NCBI GenBank assembly: GCA_028286725.1
Contig: JAQBQZ010000014.1
Location: 5,051 to 69,050 of the forward strand
Source of the DNA: Candidatus Tayloriibacteriota bacterium
GTDB lineage: Bacteria; Patescibacteriota; Minisyncoccia; Phycocordibacterales; CAIRYW01
Length of the DNA stretch: 64,000 nt
Reading direction: 5' to 3'
Both the position numbers and the translations under genes were made by a program. Under the pieces are notes generated by a model. The model had not been told where the DNA came from and searched no databases. It was given only the letters and a program-made list of their open reading frames with translations. Of the stretch, positions 59,242 through 64,000 are shown one piece after another. The stretch's first letter is position 1. Each line of letters starts with the position of its first letter.

Positions 59242-61320
59242 TTATTTATTCCAATCTACAGGCTGGATATGAATATTTACACTCCTCATCTCATCATAGA
59301 GTTTTTTTAGTTCTGTTTTGACTCTTTCTTTATCCTCTTCAGGAACCTGAGCGTAGCTTTCAAATATCTTAGGAATGTCCCCGATGTATGTTCCACCCAC
59401 AAGCCATATCTTTTTGAGATTATTTACAAGTTTCAGTAACCTATCAGGTTCATTTGTCAGGAGAGCAACAATTTCCTCTGTTCCATTTACCCACGCTTGG
59501 TGCCTCTCCTCCGGATGATCTTTAAGGCGTATTTTCAGAAGCTCAGCCATTTTCTCAAACAGGTCTTTTGCGTCTTCTGGAGCAATAATCGCTAATTGCT
59601 CAAAAACCAGTCCAAACATCGAGGCGATGTCAGAGTCATAGCCGTTCGCCCAAAACAACAAAACATACTCTCGTATCTGATCGTAGGGCAACATCTTTTC
59701 TTCTAGCATTTTCCAAAAATGCCACGTAAGCGAAGACTTCAGGGCTGGTTTCCCATTAGCTATTTGATCTTTTAATATAGCTTCAAAAACTCTTGGGTTA
59801 AAAGTTCCCATTCGGGGAAAGTCATTCTTTCGAAATAATGCGAAGTATGGAATAAGTGCAGCTAGATCGTGTAAGACATCATCATGCTCGGTAGCAATGC
59901 AGGCATGTAATACCTCTTCCGCTTCTGCTTCTGTTAAATCTCTGAACATAAGAAAAATATTCAACAGCGCTTCTATTACGCGCGGATACTGAGCATTGTC
60001 TCGTAACATTTTTAAAGGCATCTTTCTTACAAGATCACGCTCCTCCTGTTTCCAATCAAAAGGATTTCCGTCTTGATTTTTTATGGCATCTTTTCTTTTC
60101 ACAAGTTCTATAAGGGGGTAGGTTGCTTGAGCACGAATGTAAAGATTATCTTCCAATACATAGCGTTGAATGATCTCAATTATTTCTGTGTAGTATTCTG
60201 GTTTATTCTTGGCAACTATTCGCGACATAAGCCAGCATAGATTTCCGCGCACAGTAGTTATATTCCGCACGTCTTCATTTCTTAAAGCTCGAGCATGATA
60301 ATTGTGTTCTCCCTCAGGATCGTCTGGGTCATTTGCACCAGACGGATTAGGGTTGGGGTCATTTTGAAGCATTCTTACTACCCACATTGCATCATCAATG
60401 CGCTCGTCAGGAAACTCTTGCGCAAAACGGATTAGGTTTTCTTTTGCGCCATTATCAGATAGCCAATCAAGGTTGCCAGAAGCTGTACCTACAGTTTTTA
60501 CAAAGTCGAAAGCGTTTTCGCTTTTATCATCAAGTTGGCTCCTCAGGTATCCCATAAGAAGTTTAAGGGCGTCAGGATTTTCTACATTCGCTCTTGCTTT
60601 TATTGCATCAACAACAGAACGATCAAAGATAAGTGAAAAGTTATTTTGATTTTCCTCAAAATATATCTTGTCTATATTTTCAAACTTTTCAAAATCAAAA
60701 GAAGAGAGTGCTCGAATAGCGGCATGAGTATCAACAAAGAACGCCCAATTTACTACCAATAAAACTCTTTCGTGGTCTTCCACATCAACTTGCTTATTTT
60801 TTGTAGGCAATTTATCAATGAAACTTGTTGTTGCTGCGCCCCTACTATCTACTGATCTGACACCATCACTGTACGACAGAGAAATATTTTCTAAGGATTC
60901 TATTTTATGAAACTTAAATCCCTCATGATCAAACTTTTTCACAGTCGGGTTATCTTTTATTCCTTTTTCTATAACATCTGCCATTATCACAGAATTAGCC
61001 TGCATCTGATTTTTCTTAAAAGAAAATCTGGGAGTATAAACAAGATATCCCTTCAACCCTCTCTTTTTAATTTCTTCTCTGAGTAGTCCTGTAAATTGGT
61101 GCCAAAATTGGCTCCGAGCGAGATCTTCTTCATTTTCAACAAGACGAAAAATCTCTACCGCAACTTTTTCGTTGTTTTCATTTTGAAGTTGATAGTCAAA
61201 GTTTTTTCCTGACTTTACAACAACATCTCTGTTCGTAATACCGTAAGTGAGTTGTCGATTTTGACTCAGATATTCTCTAAATCTTTCTATCGCTTCCTCT
61301 TCCCATTGATCTTTTGCCAT
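59242..61320 (-). CDS. Putative PD-(D/E)xK-like nuclease fused to a long helical-repeat domain
   Basis: N-terminal E..FDY...VAVEIFR; C-terminal ~450 aa helical, including NDPNP and ITTVRG. Confidence 0.55.
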   Translation of the reverse strand: MAKDQWEEEAIERFREYLSQNRQLTYGITNRDVVVKSGKNFDYQLQNENNEKVAVEIFRLVENEEDLARSQFWHQFTGLLREEIKKRGLKGYLVYTPRFSFKKNQMQANSVIMADVIEKGIKDNPTVKKFDHEGFKFHKIESLENISLSYSDGVRSVDSRGAATTSFIDKLPTKNKQVDVEDHERVLLVVNWAFFVDTHAAIRALSSFDFEKFENIDKIYFEENQNNFSLIFDRSVVDAIKARANVENPDALKLLMGYLRSQLDDKSENAFDFVKTVGTASGNLDWLSDNGAKENLIRFAQEFPDERIDDAMWVVRMLQNDPNPNPSGANDPDDPEGEHNYHARALRNEDVRNITTVRGNLCWLMSRIVAKNKPEYYTEIIEIIQRYVLEDNLYIRAQATYPLIELVKRKDAIKNQDGNPFDWKQEERDLVRKMPLKMLRDNAQYPRVIEALLNIFLMFRDLTEAEAEEVLHACIATEHDDVLHDLAALIPYFALFRKNDFPRMGTFNPRVFEAILKDQIANGKPALKSSLTWHFWKMLEEKMLPYDQIREYVLLFWANGYDSDIASMFGLVFEQLAIIAPEDAKDLFEKMAELLKIRLKDHPEERHQAWVNGTEEIVALLTNEPDRLLKLVNNLKKIWLVGGTYIGDIPKIFESYAQVPEEDKERVKTELKKLYDEMRSVNIHIQPVDWNK

Positions 61321-61428
61321 TCCTGCATTATGCAATAAATATCTTCATATTTCTAGGAGTCATCATAGGTCTCAGTAAATGCTTTGTTTACTTCGTAATT
61401 TTCAGTTAAAAGTGCTAAACTCTTATTT

Positions 61429-63801
61429 ATGAATGAGGCATATTCACGCGTCATTATCGATAAGAAACTCAGAGAAGCTGGGTGGGATATTGAGGATCCT
61501 GCCCAAGTCATTTTTGAAGATCACGGTGATGCAGGACGTGCCGACTATGTGCTCAAGGATTCCTCTGGACATGCTATCGCCCTCATTGAGGCAAAACGCC
61601 CAGACGTAGATCCGTACAGCGCCAAGAAGCAGGCGTTTGATTATATTCAAGCTCAATATCCAAAAGTTCGCTTCATTTATCTTGCTAACGATAAGTTGGT
61701 GTATTTATGGGACCTCGATGGAGGAGGAGATGCGCAGATCGTGCCAGCTTTTTTCTCTCGTGAGGACTTAGTGCGTCGTCAGAGCTCACGAGCAATGAAT
61801 CTTGCAAAGAAGTTTAGCGAGGAGAAAGTCACAGAAGGATATTTCAGCGACGTAGCAGACAATGTCACTCTCCGACCATATCAACTCGCAGCATGGGAAT
61901 CGATAGCCGAAAATTATGATAAAGGTAAGCATGCATTCTTGCTCGAGATGGCAACGGGTACTGGCAAGACGGTTTTAGCTTCACTTATCATCTCGCGTTT
62001 TTTGCGTACCAATAATGCTCAGAATGTTTTATTTTTGGTGGACCGCAAATCTCTCGCAATTCAAACTAAAAATACTTTTGAGAAATTGCTTCGAGGTGTT
62101 TCTGCTGTCGGCACATACTGGGGATCAAACAGAAAAAACCTCACAGGTGCAAATGTTGTTGTCGCTACAATTCAGTCTTTGATGCTCCACGGTACTCGGG
62201 ACTTTTCTCCCGGCTATTTTGATTTGATTATTCACGATGAGGCGCATAGAAGCATTTACTCGCCTGAGGCACGTGCAGCTGTAGATCATTTTGTCGGAGC
62301 TACAAAGATTGGACTTACAGCAACACCTCGAGATTTCTTAAAAAATATTAGCGTAGAGAAACTTTCAGAGAAGGACCCTCGTAAATTGGAGCGCCGTGTG
62401 CAACGAGATACGTATCGATACTTCGGCTGCGATGATGGAGTGGCAACTTACCGATACACAATCCAAGATGGAGTAGCTGAAAAGTTTTTGATCCCACCGA
62501 AGTATCACAAGATGAATACTTCGGTCACTCAGCAGGCACTTTCGGAAGAAGGAATAACTGAGCTGTCGGACGTAGAACTTGAGGAGGGAGAAAGCATCAA
62601 GATCCGTGACCTTGAAAAGAAAGTACACTTTCCAGTTCGCAATCGCCGCATGATGGAGGAGTTTCTTGAGCATGCTCTTCGCACACCCGATGGAGAGATT
62701 GGTAAGACTCTTGTTTTTGCAGTATCACAGGATCATGCGCTGGCACTTGAAAAGATTTTGAATGAACTGAAACCCGAATACGGCGGCAGATTCGCTATGA
62801 CCATTACTTCACGTGTACAAGGAGCACATGACATCGCTAAAGACTTTGCTCGAGACACAAACAAACTTCCACGTATCGGTGTGACAGTAGACATGCTTGC
62901 TACAGGTTTTGATTGTCCTGAGATCTTGAACATCCTCTTTGCTCGCCCTATTTTCGATCCAATCACATATCAGCAGATCAAGGGTCGTGGTACACGGCTT
63001 TGCCCAGCGATCGGCAAGAAAGAGTTTGTTGTTTTCGACTTTTGTGGAGTCGTAGCCTACTTTGACGAAAAGTACGACTGGGAAGCTCCGGCGAGATTGG
63101 CGCGTGAGGGAGGCTTTGCCACGGGGTTGGCTAATGGAGCGATTGAAGGAGGTTCAAGCAACGTGAGCGAAAATGAGGGCATTTCTGAGCCTCGTGTGTC
63201 CCAAACCCCTGACGTAGTTCTCACCCGAGACGTTATGACCCTGCCTGAGGGCGACACTGTCGACCGAAATATGTACCGTGACGAATGGACGAAAGCGGTC
63301 CAGAGCTTCATGAGCAACAAGACCAAAATGGTATCTGGTGCACTCGAAGATCCAGAGAAAGTCGAGGAGCTCATCGAGGAAATCAACACCACCCTCCTAA
63401 ACAAACCTAGACTTTATTTCAATGAAGAAAACTTGCAGGAGTCACATCGCATTGTTGCTGGTATTCGTGAGTTCTTTTTGTCAGCGATCGGTCGGCAGTC
63501 ACTCCCGACTCGTGATGAGCAGCTAGCTTCATTCAAAGAAGCTCTCATAAACAAGTTTGCTAAGACAGACAATCCCGAGAGCTCTTTCAAAAGAGCTGTG
63601 ATGGTGGAGTTTATCGCAGACCAAGCAATTTCAAACGACAAGTTTCGAACTACGGTCCAAGCAAATCCAACTCTCGACTTCCTGCGGTGGGATGAGTTCG
63701 CTCAGGCATACTCCGTTACAGAATGGCTTGACGTATTTTCAAAAGAGGAGCTAACTGAGCTCGTGTCGGATATTTCAAACGCAAAGATTTTGACACTATA
63801 A
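61429..63801 (+). CDS. hsdR: Type I restriction enzyme, R subunit
   Basis: ADYVL..IEAK, MATGTGKT, DEAHRS, GLTATP and QIKGRGTR. Confidence 0.92.
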   Translation: MNEAYSRVIIDKKLREAGWDIEDPAQVIFEDHGDAGRADYVLKDSSGHAIALIEAKRPDVDPYSAKKQAFDYIQAQYPKVRFIYLANDKLVYLWDLDGGGDAQIVPAFFSREDLVRRQSSRAMNLAKKFSEEKVTEGYFSDVADNVTLRPYQLAAWESIAENYDKGKHAFLLEMATGTGKTVLASLIISRFLRTNNAQNVLFLVDRKSLAIQTKNTFEKLLRGVSAVGTYWGSNRKNLTGANVVVATIQSLMLHGTRDFSPGYFDLIIHDEAHRSIYSPEARAAVDHFVGATKIGLTATPRDFLKNISVEKLSEKDPRKLERRVQRDTYRYFGCDDGVATYRYTIQDGVAEKFLIPPKYHKMNTSVTQQALSEEGITELSDVELEEGESIKIRDLEKKVHFPVRNRRMMEEFLEHALRTPDGEIGKTLVFAVSQDHALALEKILNELKPEYGGRFAMTITSRVQGAHDIAKDFARDTNKLPRIGVTVDMLATGFDCPEILNILFARPIFDPITYQQIKGRGTRLCPAIGKKEFVVFDFCGVVAYFDEKYDWEAPARLAREGGFATGLANGAIEGGSSNVSENEGISEPRVSQTPDVVLTRDVMTLPEGDTVDRNMYRDEWTKAVQSFMSNKTKMVSGALEDPEKVEELIEEINTTLLNKPRLYFNEENLQESHRIVAGIREFFLSAIGRQSLPTRDEQLASFKEALINKFAKTDNPESSFKRAVMVEFIADQAISNDKFRTTVQANPTLDFLRWDEFAQAYSVTEWLDVFSKEELTELVSDISNAKILTL

Positions 63802-63804
63802 ATT

Positions 63805-64000
63805 ATGGATACAATTTCACTCTACAAAAGCAGAATCGATGGATTGATGGACATACTCTTCGGAGCAGGAGTATCAAATCCTCAGACAATCATCGAGCAA
63901 CTAAACTATTTACTTTTTTTACGAGCTCTTTCAATCAAAGATGATGAGGCTGAGCTACTTGGAATTACAGATGAATCAGAAAAGATTTTTTCAGGAGAGC
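63805..64000 (+). CDS. hsdM: Type I R-M methyltransferase, N-terminus (runs off the window)
   Basis: MDTISLYKSRIDGLMDILFGAGVSNPQTIIEQLNYLLFLR, 3 nt after the hsdR stop. Confidence 0.85.
   Translation, partial: MDTISLYKSRIDGLMDILFGAGVSNPQTIIEQLNYLLFLRALSIKDDEAELLGITDESEKIFSGE

Noticed and set aside
13131-63641. Numerous 60-180-aa antisense or alternate-frame ORFs within rnj, purL, valS, hsdR and other genes
   Set aside because: Shadow ORFs of well-supported genes, with no recognisable motifs.
1-64000. Genetic code 25 (TGA=Gly), rRNA genes, intact transposase, reverse transcriptase or integrase
   Set aside because: Conserved genes are full length in code 11 and purF ends in TGA. No rRNA, RT, transposase or integrase motifs were found in the window.

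Overview
AT-rich bacterial chromosome segment read with the standard code. It most resembles a Patescibacteria (CPR, Parcubacteria-like) genome, judging by the short PrfA and ValS, the CPR-style RNase P RNA, and many apparently leaderless genes. This assignment is inference. Layout: (1) 1-2.9 kb, the end of an integrated element with a rolling-circle-type Rep start, an origin-like palindrome and an unannotated structured RNA. (2) 3-33 kb, core and housekeeping genes (radC, rsmI, rnj, secG, rpmE, prfA, msrB, murI, rnpB, murJ, lepA). (3) 33-49.5 kb, a near-complete de novo purine cluster (purD,N,L,Q,K,E,M,C,B,F) between tRNA-Arg and tRNA-Phe. (4) valS and tsaD. (5) From about 57.7 kb, a defence/prophage-remnant island with a terminase fragment, a HEPN-motif gene paired with a nuclease-helical repeat gene, and a type I R-M system. 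The most notable unexplained signals are the candidate two-gene defence system, three related structured elements attached to tRNA 3' ends, a covarying ~190-bp inverted-repeat family with a look-alike inserted inside the RNase P RNA, and the tetraloop-rich ncRNA at about 615-766. All protein calls come from motif recognition by eye; no database searches were run.
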